A DNA stretch of 64,000 nucleotides, taken from the NCBI GenBank assembly GCA_000182565.2, contig KQ257465.1; one strand, written 5' to 3'. This document shows, one piece after another, positions 24,801 to 34,768 of this stretch. Each line of letters opens with the position of its first letter. Positions within the stretch are counted from its first letter, which is position 1. This stretch comes from Spizellomyces punctatus DAOM BR117 (taxonomy: Eukaryota). The translations under genes were made by a program, and so were the position numbers. Below the pieces are notes generated by a model, which saw only the letters and a list, made by a program, of their open reading frames with translations, made no database searches and was not told where the DNA came from.

Positions 24801-27457
24801 GCAGTACCGGAAACATGAATTCCCCATGTCTGTGCTGCGCTAGTGTTCCCAAGTGTAATTGCAGTAGCATTGGTGTTTGAATTCTGTACTGTTAAACCGC
24901 TCAGGTTAAGCGAACTTGTTGCGCTTATTAATGGCTGATATGCGCTGAGGATTTCATCTTTGGGTACAATCCGGAAAAAACCGCCATTTCCACCCATCAA
25001 AAAAGTGCCATCGGCCGGGGTCAGACTACTGATATTGTCAAGCAAAGGAGATAAGTTTTGCTTCAATTCTAATCCTGTTGTTACAAAGGATTCCGTGGCT
25101 ACTTTCACTCCATTTGTGTATATATCACCACCAAATGTAACATTATTCGAAGTTAATGCCGTTATCTGGCTTGTCACCCAAGGCTTGATCAACTCGTTAT
25201 CATAATCCCTTAGCATAGAGAGGTTGATTGCTTGCTGAGGGTACTCATATTTGATGCCTCGATAACATGAAGGCGTATCAAACAAGAGACGAGTACAACC
25301 TCCAATAGGATCAGAAGCAATTGCGACATTGCTCCCGGGTTCAAGTGGTGGCATGAAGGTAACAGGGTCTATTGGTTCATAAACGGGGTTTCCATCGCCA
25401 TCGAGTATAGGTTGGCCTTCCGCATCTCGTTGAACCTTACGTTTGCGTGACCCTCCGAAAATCATTCCCCAAGGGAACGTTGAGATGATTGGGAGGATGG
25501 AGTTTACAGCCATAGGGACTGTCAAGGGCGGGGAGACCATCGCTGGAAAAGGTACGGTTGATAATGGAGTTGCTCTGGACAAAATAACAGTGTTGCCTGA
25601 TGGAACATCCGTTTTTAACACTTCTGTGGTATCAGTCTGTTCAGTATTATCGGTATCCCTTTGTTTCGATAACGGCGTAGGGTCAATGAGTGTAAAGTTG
25701 TAGAGCGGGTACGAACCTGTTATTATAAGGTTTGGACTGTTACTTACGAATTGTGGCAGAATCATGTTATACTGAATGGTATTGCCGACAACGACCACAC
25801 TCCCGTATGAATTGGTTGATCCGATGTAATTGCCTTTCAAAGTATCCCCCACCCGAAGAACGGTATCGCTTCCTGTAAGAGAACATGAAATCAGATCTCC
25901 CGAAACTTGCACGCCATTAATACCTCTTAGGTTCGTTGACAAAATCGCACCATTTTTTTGCAGTCCAATTCCCGCAGCGATGTTTGAACTCAGAACACCA
26001 TTGTTTAGAGTAAGATCGGGTGACTGTGCTGTTAAACTCAGTCTGAGGTCGTTGCCCACCCTGGTTACTCCTTGGGAGGCGGTAAACTTATCGCCTATGG
26101 TCCCGCGGCTGAGCATCGTTAAGCCAGAGTTGGCATCAACTTTTAGATCGAGTTGAAGGTCATTCTGTACTCTCTCAATACCATTGCTGCAAGTCAGTAC
26201 GTCTTTAATGGTATCTGCTTTGACCATTTGGAGACAACTGCCAGCCTCGCATTTGAGAGAGAGCACCACATCATTGGTCGTTCCCAGTCTAATGGAGACG
26301 CCATTAAAGTCCTGAAAAATGTAGCCACCTGTTAACTGGTTACCTATAACTCGAACTGTTTTGTTATCAACGAGCACACCGATTTCGCGTCTTCCACTGA
26401 ACTCTGGTCCGACAGCAATAGCCCCGGTTTGGCTGCCTTGGTAAAAATTGGCCATGTAATCTTTACTCACTGCATAAGAGCCTCCTCCAATAGCAGGTAA
26501 TGTTCCGCTTAACTTTACATTCGGGACACGCAACTCTTGAAGCGTGGACGAATAGGTGAATGAAGGACTTCCTGAAAAACCGTATGTTAGATTCCCATAC
26601 AGGATTTGTTCATAGCCGGGTGATTTCAGGGATAATCTAGAGCCGGCTTGAGTGAATGTAGAGGTATCAGTCATCAATCTAATTGCCGTTGTGTCTACTT
26701 CCCCTAAAGCATCTGTTAGTTCACTCAGAGATGAGAAGCCGAAATCTAGCCAACTGCTTCCTATATCTAAGATTGAGTCTGCTCCAGACGATGTTTTTAT
26801 CGCCCCGAACGCCTTGAACAGTTGACTAGTATTGGTTTCCAATTCGTCTTCATTGTTCACCTTTAGACTTTTATGAAGTTTGATTCCAAGGCCATTATCG
26901 CGATACAATGGTTTCTTGAGTGTTTCCAAAGGCGGAGGTGGTGGAAAGTTTACTGATAAGCCATTTTCAGTAATGGATAATGAATCGTCTGCACGAATAC
27001 CAACTGTGCGTATTTCATAATCCCTATACAGTGGAAACTCATAATTGTCCGGAATCACTTTTAGTTTTTCTTGTTCTACAGTTAAAGATGAATCGTCAAT
27101 CTGAAGTTGGATATCATGATCCTCTTTCGAGTAGACAAGAGGTTGATGCACAGATGCGTCGATTGTGGTCAACCGACTCTCCTCATCAATTTCAAGCCTC
27201 TTGTTATCAACATTTAATCCAATGGATACGACGCCATGTTCATTCGTACAAGGTAAGCATTCAGAGGTGGTTTCAACCTCGTTGACTTTAAGTTCACCAT
27301 TTTCATTAGATAAATGCTTAAATTCTCCAACATCGAACCCCTTTATCTTGGCTCCAGCATCGAAGCCTACCATTTCGCCTGTCACATATGGAGATAAGAG
27401 ATTTGTGTTATCTATGGTACGTAACCCCGTTGAATTTCTACTGTTTATTCCACTCAT
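21875..27457 (-). pseudogene. Virion fibre/spike-like protein, ~1860 codons with one in-frame TGA (23105-23107)
   Basis: The 1450-aa and 396-aa ORFs are in the same frame (..PSCM*FVSTSGANYIQSGLNN..). Gly/Ser/Thr-rich, with five (S/T)xxTG(A/G)xQVxGGVG(I/V)xK-type repeats and N-terminal shaft-like repeats. Confidence 0.75.
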
Positions 27458-27553
27458 GTTATATTGTAGCTAGGAAGTAAAATTTGAGGAGCTTGGCAAA
27501 AGACGAAGCGCTCGACGGTGCCCATCTTATCGATAAGATGGGCGATAAAACCT

Positions 27554-29026
27554 TTACACTATCTTCTGTTTCTTCCTCGGTGGAAGTGTGACATCCTCTG
27601 CACCTTTTCTTCTTCTACTTCGAACTGTAGGTTCCACACGCAGTGTCGATTGTGTTTGTGCAGGAGGGACAACATATTCCGCTTCACGTTGTCCTCTTAG
27701 ACAAGCGAGAGGACGTACTTCGCTTCCCAAGTCTGCGGTTAGCGGTACTAGCGTTGGAGGGTTAAGTGCCGTCGGTGCTAAGACTGGATCAACATTTACC
27801 CTTCTCCTGCGGGAAGCACGTACAGACCTCTCGACTTCTTCAGGATTTTGCAACACTATCTCCTCTAGAGGAGGCTCCTCTACATGATCGGCAATTCTCC
27901 GTCTTTTTACCGTCTGCTTATCATCTGGTTGTTTATACTGTCTTCTTTTTGTACCATGAGGAGCAACCCCAGCAAAAATCACATCCGGAGGATGTGGAGC
28001 AACAGGTGTTGCTGGAGGAGTTACTGGCTCTATCGCATCATGCTCCGCTCCTCCTGTTTTTTGCTTCTTTTTATTCCCTCTAGGAATCGGCGGGGGTGCA
28101 TTTGCTTTCCTTTTAGAACCTGCTAATATGGTTGCTTCCTTACCTTTGAAGTGAAATGGTGTTCTTGCAGGTACCGAGACAAACTGATCATTGATGGAGT
28201 TTCTCTCTAAAACATCCGCTACACCAGATGGATCATGGCGGTCATTCAGAAGTACTGTATCATGTGGAATTGTTGCGCTACGAGGCATTGTTTCCACGGA
28301 GGCATCGATTTGAGGAGATTCCACATGTATCTGTTGAGTCGACCCAGGAAATCCTCCTGGAATAGGTGGAATGTAACTATCAGCCATTAGATGCGCTGGC
28401 AGTGAAACTGCAATGCCAGTCGCATGATTGACACGGTCATTTCCAACTGCATCTCTTCGTATCTCTGTTTCTCGAGTCAGGATGACTGGCTCTACAGGAA
28501 CACTGTTTACATTGCGTGGTTGCGCCGGTATCTCATTTCCATTCGGTGGTGCCTGAAACATTAAGCCTGTTTGGGAAGTCACTGATGCTGGATAGGAATA
28601 CACATGCCCTGATTCATCAGGAATCGGTAATCCTGAAAGGGAATTTTGCGTTCCAATGGTCAATGCACTCCCTTGTCGACTTGGAGTAATCGAATCAAGA
28701 TACTTCTGTTTCTTACGATAATCTTCTTCTGCTTTCACATACTCAAGACCATCCTTATAAGCCTTTGTTGTTTGTTGGGCAGCCGATAATTTCAGAACAT
28801 CAGAAGACGAGAGCCTCGGTTCATATTTAGGTTCAACGTAATTGGTCTTTGTCGCTAAGTCTTTTTGATGGATCAACCTGTTCCACGAATACACTACTTG
28901 TGGTCGCCCGAGGTCATCGACCTTTGAATAGTCTAGAGCGACCCCAACTTGTCTCTTTTGCAAATTAGGAATCGGTGGCGAAACAGCATATGTATCACTC
29001 AAGTAATTGGCTCGGTAATATGCCAT
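27554..29026 (-). CDS. Viral Pro-rich protein with basic NLS-like clusters (possible core protein)
   Basis: 490-aa ORF with KRK/RRRR clusters and C-terminal PPRKKQK; lies in the structural module. Confidence 0.6.
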   Translation of the reverse strand: MAYYRANYLSDTYAVSPPIPNLQKRQVGVALDYSKVDDLGRPQVVYSWNRLIHQKDLATKTNYVEPKYEPRLSSSDVLKLSAAQQTTKAYKDGLEYVKAEEDYRKKQKYLDSITPSRQGSALTIGTQNSLSGLPIPDESGHVYSYPASVTSQTGLMFQAPPNGNEIPAQPRNVNSVPVEPVILTRETEIRRDAVGNDRVNHATGIAVSLPAHLMADSYIPPIPGGFPGSTQQIHVESPQIDASVETMPRSATIPHDTVLLNDRHDPSGVADVLERNSINDQFVSVPARTPFHFKGKEATILAGSKRKANAPPPIPRGNKKKQKTGGAEHDAIEPVTPPATPVAPHPPDVIFAGVAPHGTKRRQYKQPDDKQTVKRRRIADHVEEPPLEEIVLQNPEEVERSVRASRRRRVNVDPVLAPTALNPPTLVPLTADLGSEVRPLACLRGQREAEYVVPPAQTQSTLRVEPTVRSRRRKGAEDVTLPPRKKQKIV

Positions 29027-29091
29027 ACTAGGTTTTTTCCTTTGCTATGTAGAGCTGAAAAAATAATATCTCTTCTGTTCTATAAATCAAG

Positions 29092-29391
29092 ATGCCTAAT
29101 TGGTTTTCTAAAGCGAAAGCAAAGGCAAATGTTCTGTGGAATAACGCGCCGAGTTTTCTTACAAAGGCCCGCAACTTTGCTAACAATGCTGTGAAGCATG
29201 CTGTTACAGTAAATAAACATGTCCAACATGTGAATAAACAAGTACAAGAATCTCCTTTATTTTCACAGGGTATTCGGGAAAAGTCACACAAGATTTCCAG
29301 TCATGGTGAGACTGGGGTGAGGAAACTACAAGAACTCCACAAGAACGCTGACGACTTTGTGGAACGGGTAAGGGGAGGTCCTATCGAGTAA
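29092..29391 (+). CDS. Small basic amphipathic viral protein (99 aa)
   Basis: N-terminus WFSKAKAKANVLWNNAPSFLTKARNF; TATAAA just upstream; adjacent to the capsid gene. Confidence 0.55.
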   Translation: MPNWFSKAKAKANVLWNNAPSFLTKARNFANNAVKHAVTVNKHVQHVNKQVQESPLFSQGIREKSHKISSHGETGVRKLQELHKNADDFVERVRGGPIE

Positions 29392-29490
29392 ACCTATTTT
29401 GTTCACTTCACAGCGCTCCTTCGAGTTTGAAAAGCAAGAGCTTCCTTTTTTACAGAAAATGTTTATGCATCGAATAATTCAAAAATTACA

Positions 29491-30744
29491 TCACACCACA
29501 GTTACTACTGCTCCAATAGAAAGTGTAACATTCTCGTGGTATGACGTTACCAGCCTAACCTTTTGGGTCGGTGCGACTGCGTGTTGGGTGTGTATGCGCA
29601 TAATTCCGTCACTGCCAGTAAATGAGAGTGCCGCATTACTGCCTTCATCCTTTGATGCAAATGACCAGCCAAATGAGAATGCCTTGGAATCATAGTCGGC
29701 GTATGACGTATCCATCTCCCCGAGTTGGTCAAAGTTGTTATTTGACAACTGGGTGACAAGCAGTGTTTGATTATCACTTGGTGAATGCGTAAAACCCTGG
29801 TTTCCAGCAGGAATGGTAAGATTAGGGCCTAGTGAAATTCTCCACTCGCGTAGTCCCTGTGAAGAATACATTAACGCTTTATCTTTTGTCTGGTCATTGA
29901 GAACGTCGTCGTCCACAAAGGCTGATTCGAACCCAACCAGTGAGCGAACACCGCTCATGTGGAGAAGGAATGTATTTCTGTTACCACCGGAGCAAGCATT
30001 CTCGGTCTGTGTTGATCTAACATAGTCATAGAATATTGACTTACCATCTGATATAGCACGAGTCGCGTTAACCACAGTAGTAGGCGGTGGTGTAATGTAT
30101 GGAACTAAACAGCGGATATTGGAAACCCAAATCTCACCTACACCAGCACTTGTAAAAACTGTGTTCGGGTCTGCGAGGGTGATGATAATTTCCAATGCCT
30201 GATTACTCAGACTCCAAACTGGGAAGTACTGGTCATTCGATGGATGGCAGAAACCGACTAAGGGGTGGTGATTAATGGAAATGGTACTTGATGTTGCAAA
30301 GATATTGGTGTTTCCATATCCGGAAAGTTGGCTCAACAATTTCTTACTACCGGCGGATAGATTGCGGTATGTTTGTACTAGATAAAGAGGATAGTTTGGA
30401 ATGTTAACAACAGTTTCTCCCCCTGCTTTGATGGTTAATGATTGAATAATGGATTCTAAGCCAAGATACATGTTTTTAACACCTGTACCAGGAGTTATCA
30501 AGTTTCCTGCATTATCGTATGCAGAAACATCCATGGAGAGAATGAGTTTTTGCAGAATGAAACTCACCGAATTAGAGTCACAAGTTATCTTGATTGGGGT
30601 CAGGTTACGACTTTTTGTCATATATGTGCTTTGACCAATCGGACTATAGATTGACACGCCTTCCCCACGGGGGTCTGAGTACCCCCTCGCGAACGTATTC
30701 GTCGAGAACAGCCAATTACATGGTACTGCAACTTCTTCTGACAT
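29491..30744 (-). CDS. Major capsid protein (predicted double jelly-roll)
   Basis: 417 aa, beta-strand-like pattern throughout, ends Y..VTLSIGAVVTVV; clustered with penton-like and packaging ATPase genes. Confidence 0.72.
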   Translation of the reverse strand: MSEEVAVPCNWLFSTNTFARGYSDPRGEGVSIYSPIGQSTYMTKSRNLTPIKITCDSNSVSFILQKLILSMDVSAYDNAGNLITPGTGVKNMYLGLESIIQSLTIKAGGETVVNIPNYPLYLVQTYRNLSAGSKKLLSQLSGYGNTNIFATSSTISINHHPLVGFCHPSNDQYFPVWSLSNQALEIIITLADPNTVFTSAGVGEIWVSNIRCLVPYITPPPTTVVNATRAISDGKSIFYDYVRSTQTENACSGGNRNTFLLHMSGVRSLVGFESAFVDDDVLNDQTKDKALMYSSQGLREWRISLGPNLTIPAGNQGFTHSPSDNQTLLVTQLSNNNFDQLGEMDTSYADYDSKAFSFGWSFASKDEGSNAALSFTGSDGIMRIHTQHAVAPTQKVRLVTSYHENVTLSIGAVVTVV

Positions 30745-30787
30745 GTTTGTTTACTGAATTGCAAAGGAAAAAAAAATGGAAGATTTT

Positions 30788-31336
30788 TCAGCCAAAAATG
30801 CCACCATAGTTGTCCTCCTCAACATTGTCCTCCTCAAAGAACGGTGATCTAGAGTCAAAGAATGGTTCATCATCACCGAATTTCAAAATTACGCTCTTTT
30901 TTTTAGATGGACGTATTGCTGCTGGCTGCGCCTTTGCTGCTAGTTTGGTTCTCTTGCTCCTAGTTGTTGTTGGTGTTGGTGTTGGTGTTGCCTTCATTCC
31001 TCGCTTCGTGTTTCGTCGTTCTTCCCTTGCTAATCGCTTCTGTTCCTTCTCCTCTTCAAGGATGCGTTTGGCCTCATCGATTTTACGCTTCTTCTCTTCC
31101 TCTTTCCTTTGCTCTTCACATTTCGCCTGCATCTCACGTAACTGTGCGGCTCGGGCCTTTTGGGCCTTCTCCAATGCTGCCCTTTGCTTATCCGTCATTG
31201 GACGTTTTACTTTCTGCGTAGGAGTTTGTTCTGGTTTCTTTTCTGCTTTTTGAACAGGTGCTTGTTCAGCGGGTGATTCTACATTCTCTTGTGGAATGGT
31301 ACTCGATTCTTGATGATCTTGAGTTTGCTCTTCCAT
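30788..31336 (-). CDS. Charged coiled-coil viral protein (182 aa)
   Basis: KRPMTDKQRAALEKAQKAR followed by an E/K/R-rich helix; A-rich leader. Confidence 0.6.
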   Translation of the reverse strand: MEEQTQDHQESSTIPQENVESPAEQAPVQKAEKKPEQTPTQKVKRPMTDKQRAALEKAQKARAAQLREMQAKCEEQRKEEEKKRKIDEAKRILEEEKEQKRLAREERRNTKRGMKATPTPTPTTTRSKRTKLAAKAQPAAIRPSKKKSVILKFGDDEPFFDSRSPFFEEDNVEEDNYGGIFG

Positions 31337-31382
31337 TGTTTTTTCTTACTTAGCTTCTGAGAAAAAAAAAATTAGACATCAA

Positions 31383-32102
31383 TTAGACATCCGCAACATC
31401 GTCTGAAAATGCAAACCGAACGGTTAACGGGCTGTTGAGTGCAACTTCCAAACCGGTCATCAAGTCAATAAGATAGAATTCGATTTTGGAGATAGTGTCA
31501 TCAACAGGGAGCCATTCTCCCGCATCATTTGTCCAGGTGATTACATCTCCAAAACTATCTGGGACAACAGTGGCTACTACTGATTGCACGGAATCATCGA
31601 AGTCACTGAGGTAGCGGCTTCCCTTGACTTGAATGTTGCTGGTTAAAAGCACCAGGTAACTTCCCGAGAGGTTAACTGGATTCTTCAATGTTACCGTTTG
31701 GTAATACCCAGTCTCGGTCCATCTTGACATTCCTGTAAGTATGTACGCCGTTGTTCCTCTCGACGCTGGCAAAATTTTGAATTTCTTAGGCCCTGTCGCA
31801 GTTATGGAAATCTTCCTGCTCACACCATCATAAGTAACAGTATAGCCCTGTGTTCCGGCCGTGCTCATAGCGTCAGCCACTGCGTTTGGAAAATTGGCGA
31901 TACTATAGTTCCCAGGAGCAATGGTTCCACTATAAATCGTGCTATCTCCTTCCTCTGCAAAGGCTATAGTATTGTTTGCAGAGGAAACAAGGTCCCAATC
32001 TTGGAGAAAGGAAACCGAGAGAACCTTCATCATTTCCATTCTCCGGGGGGGAATACTGAATGATCGAGATTTTAAGGAACAATATGTGACTTCGTTAATC
32101 AT
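31383..32102 (-). CDS. Minor capsid (penton-like) protein
   Basis: 239 aa; NNTIAF..TIAPGNYS..; C-terminal ISKIEFYLID..LTVRF pattern typical of PLV/virophage pentons; neighbours the ATPase. Confidence 0.68.
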   Translation of the reverse strand: MINEVTYCSLKSRSFSIPPRRMEMMKVLSVSFLQDWDLVSSANNTIAFAEEGDSTIYSGTIAPGNYSIANFPNAVADAMSTAGTQGYTVTYDGVSRKISITATGPKKFKILPASRGTTAYILTGMSRWTETGYYQTVTLKNPVNLSGSYLVLLTSNIQVKGSRYLSDFDDSVQSVVATVVPDSFGDVITWTNDAGEWLPVDDTISKIEFYLIDLMTGLEVALNSPLTVRFAFSDDVADV

Positions 32103-32143
32103 TTCCTTTCCTTCCTTTATGTAAAGAACAAGGAAATTTTAAA

Positions 32144-32857
32144 ATGGGATATAAGCCACGTGCAATTTTTCCTGTGCATAAAAAGAAAAGAGATCCAAGA
32201 GTTCCAGAAGACATTGCTAGCCTCCCTATATGCACGACTTTGATCGCACCTCGAAAAAGTGGGAAGAGCGCTCTTGTTTGTGGTCTGATAAATGATGTAT
32301 ATGCCAAGTTAGTCGATCGAGTGATAATAATGTCAGATACGGTTGCATACGACGCATCTGTGAAGGTATTGGCTGAAACCACAAAGCATAAAAACATCTA
32401 CTATACTGATGATGTGTCTAATGCATCCATAGCAAAGATTGTTGATGAACAAAAAGCGGCACCTGACAAGTCACTTCTATTGTTCATCGATGATTCTGGA
32501 GATAGTGCCCAGTCAAAGGAATTAAACAAGGAATTGTCCAAACTCTATACGAAAGGGAGACATTTCAATATTTCTACAATCGTAGCCATTCAGAGTGTGA
32601 CTGGGCAGTTGAGTAATAAAATGAAGGGATGTTCGACTGAATTTATTATTTTTCGTAACAATGCGGAGGATCTGAAACTCCTTGCTAAGATGCTCACTTC
32701 TGCTTACAAGACATATGAAGAGGTTCTTGCCTATCTTACTGAATCTACAAAGGAACCCTATGCTTTCTGTTACATGAATTTAGCAGCAAACAACGCCAGA
32801 GAAATGTATCGATACTGTGACTCTATTGGGTTTCACGATTACTTTCTAAACAGTTGA
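32144..32857 (+). CDS. A32-like (FtsK-HerA) genome packaging ATPase
   Basis: Walker A APRKSGKS, Walker B LLFIDD, KGRHFNIS and IVAIQ motifs. Confidence 0.92.
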   Translation: MGYKPRAIFPVHKKKRDPRVPEDIASLPICTTLIAPRKSGKSALVCGLINDVYAKLVDRVIIMSDTVAYDASVKVLAETTKHKNIYYTDDVSNASIAKIVDEQKAAPDKSLLLFIDDSGDSAQSKELNKELSKLYTKGRHFNISTIVAIQSVTGQLSNKMKGCSTEFIIFRNNAEDLKLLAKMLTSAYKTYEEVLAYLTESTKEPYAFCYMNLAANNAREMYRYCDSIGFHDYFLNS

Positions 32858-33208
32858 GCGCATGTCCCTTTGACCACCTAGTTCCTGAAGCGCAGCCAGT
32901 TTCTGAAGTTCAGCTTCTTTCATCTTGTCGAAGAGGTATTCATATTCATCGGCATAGCCATTGAGGAAGGAACGAAGATCATCTGGACAGTCGTCGTAGT
33001 CAGTAAATCCCTCGATGTTGTTGATAAAATAGCCCTGGCATGTCGCTTCTGCATTATAATAAATTTGACAGAGTTCCAGGTAGCAGTCCAAGTCGGGCCC
33101 ACTTAGGTTTGCAATATTCTTGGCTTCCCGCCTAATCCATTCTTCCTTCGGAACCTCAACGAAATCAATGTGTTCGAGATCTTCTTCAGTGAAGTTGAAT
33201 TTCGACAT
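32846..33208 (-). CDS. Acidic viral hypothetical protein (120 aa)
   Basis: ATG ORF converging on the ATPase stop. Confidence 0.5.
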   Translation of the reverse strand: MSKFNFTEEDLEHIDFVEVPKEEWIRREAKNIANLSGPDLDCYLELCQIYYNAEATCQGYFINNIEGFTDYDDCPDDLRSFLNGYADEYEYLFDKMKEAELQKLAALQELGGQRDMRSTV

Positions 33209-33427
33209 CGTTGCTCAGATGGTAAGACTCTTGCAATTGGGAAAAGTCATTGGAGGGAATCGAGCATGGCCTTTTAAGCAAAACAGAGGAAATCATCGAT
33301 CGATTGAAATGATGTAACTGCACATCAATAATCACACATCTGTCGTATTTCCATCGAAAGACTCGAAGATGTGACTCTATTGGGTTCAAGGATTATTTCT
33401 GAGCGGAAATGTAAACAGAATAAGAAG

Positions 33428-34708
33428 ATGTCTTGGAGAGTATTGACTCCAGATGAGAGGGAGAAAGTAGAGAATGTTTATAAAACATTCAAAACAGGGC
33501 GGGATAACCTCTGGAGAAAAACACGTGAAGTATACCCGGACTTCAAAGGAAGCCAACGCAGCGTATTGAATGATTTTCTAAAGTACCAGCCCGAATGGCA
33601 AACTCATGTGAAGCCACCGAAACAATCATCTATTGCGCCACTACAATTCACCAAGGCAGGTTACCTCCAGGCAGATCTGGTTTCCATGCGTAGTTATCCA
33701 GATGCCGGATATACTGCGTTTTTTCATATGATTGACGGGTTTACAAAGAAATCTTGGGGCAAACCACTTCGAGGTGAGTCGGAACAAGAGGTTAGTAATG
33801 CAGCAGAAGAATGCATACAACAATCTGGAAAGCGCATCTCGACAATGCAAACAGACAATGGACCACATTTTCAGAGAATCTTTACTAGAATGTTGGAGAG
33901 ACATAATATCAAACACTTTTATTCCCAAGCGGCAAGACCACAATCTAATGCCTTCATTGAACGGAGAGGTGGAGATATAAAACGACAACTCTTCGCTCTC
34001 ATGGAGTCCGCAGGCGATAAGAAATGGGTGCAGAACTTTCAGATGGTTCTGGACAATATCAACGGCAGTGTGTCCAGGGCAACGGGACAATCTCCTAATG
34101 AAATGGAAAATGGGGATGCAGAAGTCCAACAAGAAGCCGTCGCTCGAATCCAGAAAAACATTGCATCAAGGTATCGCACCAGGCAAATTGGGACACCATT
34201 GTTTGTAGGTCAAAAGGTACGAAAGAAACGAGTATTACAAGGCAGCGTTAGGAAACCAGGATTGCTGGGCTTCTGGGACAAGGACGTCTACGAGATTGTT
34301 CAATGCATTGATTCTCAGCATCCAAGTTTCATTCCGTCGTATCGCATAGCCACAGCCACAGGTCATATTCTATATGGCCGCTTCCCTAGAACAAGTTTGC
34401 TACCCATTCCGCCCATATTATCTCATGATTTAGTAGATCTTGACAATGAAGAACAACGCGCTGAGTCGCTGCAAGTTCCAAACGAGTTAGTACCAGCACC
34501 AGAGCCACGTCGATCATTACGATTGGATCAAGAACGTGAAGATGAATACGAAGTAGACCATATTGTTGGGAAGCGGAGATATCGCGGGAGAACCCAGTAT
34601 AAAATCAGATGGCTAGGTTATGGCCAAGAGGATGATAGTTGGCAAGATGTAGAGGATCTCGCCAACGCACCCGAAAAGGTTGCAGAGTACGAGCGCATTC
34701 ATAGTTAA
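33428..34708 (+). CDS. Retroviral-type (rve) DDE integrase with C-terminal chromodomain
   Basis: QADL, IDGFTK, QTDNG, NAFIER; chromodomain EYEVDHIVGKR..YKIRWLGYG..DSW. Confidence 0.93.
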   Translation: MSWRVLTPDEREKVENVYKTFKTGRDNLWRKTREVYPDFKGSQRSVLNDFLKYQPEWQTHVKPPKQSSIAPLQFTKAGYLQADLVSMRSYPDAGYTAFFHMIDGFTKKSWGKPLRGESEQEVSNAAEECIQQSGKRISTMQTDNGPHFQRIFTRMLERHNIKHFYSQAARPQSNAFIERRGGDIKRQLFALMESAGDKKWVQNFQMVLDNINGSVSRATGQSPNEMENGDAEVQQEAVARIQKNIASRYRTRQIGTPLFVGQKVRKKRVLQGSVRKPGLLGFWDKDVYEIVQCIDSQHPSFIPSYRIATATGHILYGRFPRTSLLPIPPILSHDLVDLDNEEQRAESLQVPNELVPAPEPRRSLRLDQEREDEYEVDHIVGKRRYRGRTQYKIRWLGYGQEDDSWQDVEDLANAPEKVAEYERIHS

Positions 34709-34768
34709 AAATTATTATCTGCTGCACAAATGGACTAGAGCTAAACTTAAAACCACAAAGCAACAACC

